Origin: a virus
Virus record (IMG/VR): IMGVR_UViG_3300042868_005761
Span: 1-64,000 of that record
DNA: 64,000 nucleotides
Strand: one strand, 5' to 3'
Shown here: one piece after another, positions 63,619 through 64,000 of the stretch
Numbering within the stretch: position 1 is the stretch's first letter
How the letters are laid out: every line of letters begins with the position of its first letter
Notes under the pieces: model-generated
Seen by the model: the letters and a program-made list of their open reading frames with translations, nothing else
Database searches by the model: none
Told to the model about the DNA's origin: nothing
Translations under genes and position numbers: made by a program

Positions 63619-64000
63619 GCAATATAAATAAATTAATAAAATACATTTCCGATTTATCCTTTAAATCATCTTCAAGTACTAAATCTTATGTATCTAATTA
63701 CAATTATTTATTTCGATACTTGCCATATATAAATAAGCATTATCTAAACGATACAACAGTAAAAGAACAAGGCTTTGGTGAGAAGTTCATTGCTGCTATA
63801 TCTTGGGATAAGGAGAGTAAAGAGTATTGTCTTTATCTGCATGCGGATAAGATGGCAAGTTACTCTGAGCATCAGAACGCTTTTATTATTCTTCACGAGC
63901 TAAAGCATTTTATATATGCTCATCCTGTGAAGATGTATAAGACTCCAAGACAATATCACTTATTACTTAACATTGCTCAAGACATAAAGTTAAACACCGA
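63615..64000 (+). CDS. DUF2201-type metallopeptidase-like protein (partial, runs off the window)
   Basis: ATGA overlap; translates to ..ILHELKH..H..LNIAQD..; same motifs as 30560-31939. Confidence 0.75.
   Translation, partial: MSNINKLIKYISDLSFKSSSSTKSYVSNYNYLFRYLPYINKHYLNDTTVKEQGFGEKFIAAISWDKESKEYCLYLHADKMASYSEHQNAFIILHELKHFIYAHPVKMYKTPRQYHLLLNIAQDIKLNT

Noticed and set aside
1-64000. Stop-codon reassignment or uracil-substituted DNA
   Set aside because: Genes tile densely under the standard code using TAA, TAG and TGA, with no suppressor tRNA; ThyX and UDG argue against dU-DNA
1-64000. Reverse transcriptase / retron / DGR partner for the ncRNAs
   Set aside because: No ORF with RT motifs recognised; the DADD in the 1471-aa protein sits in a two-barrel RNAP context, not an RT YxDD context

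Overview
This is a 64-kb segment of a large (probably jumbo) dsDNA phage genome, with essentially all real genes on the + strand and no recognisable virion structural genes. It has three compartments. (1) About 235-15.5 kb is a tightly coupled, more GC-rich, putative early operon. It contains two membrane-anchored trypsin-like proteases, a metallophosphoesterase fused to a histone-H1-like tail, and a 1471-aa protein carrying the ordered motifs of single-chain two-barrel (YonO/RdRP-like) RNA polymerases, with a variant GGDADD centre and a C-terminal YspA-type SLOG domain. (2) About 15.6-21.6 kb holds five identical hairpin elements (GGGGC-TATC-GCCCC, with G[G/A]A exactly 11 nt downstream) in front of short genes. 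It also holds two SSBs, tRNA-Arg, several ORF-poor structured regions including an array of five covarying pseudoknots, and an iteron-like repeat block at the compositional boundary. (3) About 21.7-64 kb is AT-rich and carries metabolism, repair and recombination genes (TilS, UvsE, SplB-like, PurA, ligase, GuaC/IMPDH-like, SpeD, UDG, ThyX, NrdJ, RecA, two MoxR-ATPase/DUF2201-type modules, Whirly-like, SpoVG). It also has six tRNAs, one of which (Leu-UAA) is split by a group I intron encoding an HNH nuclease. The best candidate for a new system is a phage two-barrel RNAP-SLOG fusion with its own hairpin promoters driving SSBs and unusual ncRNAs. All calls were made by eye from motifs; no searches were run.
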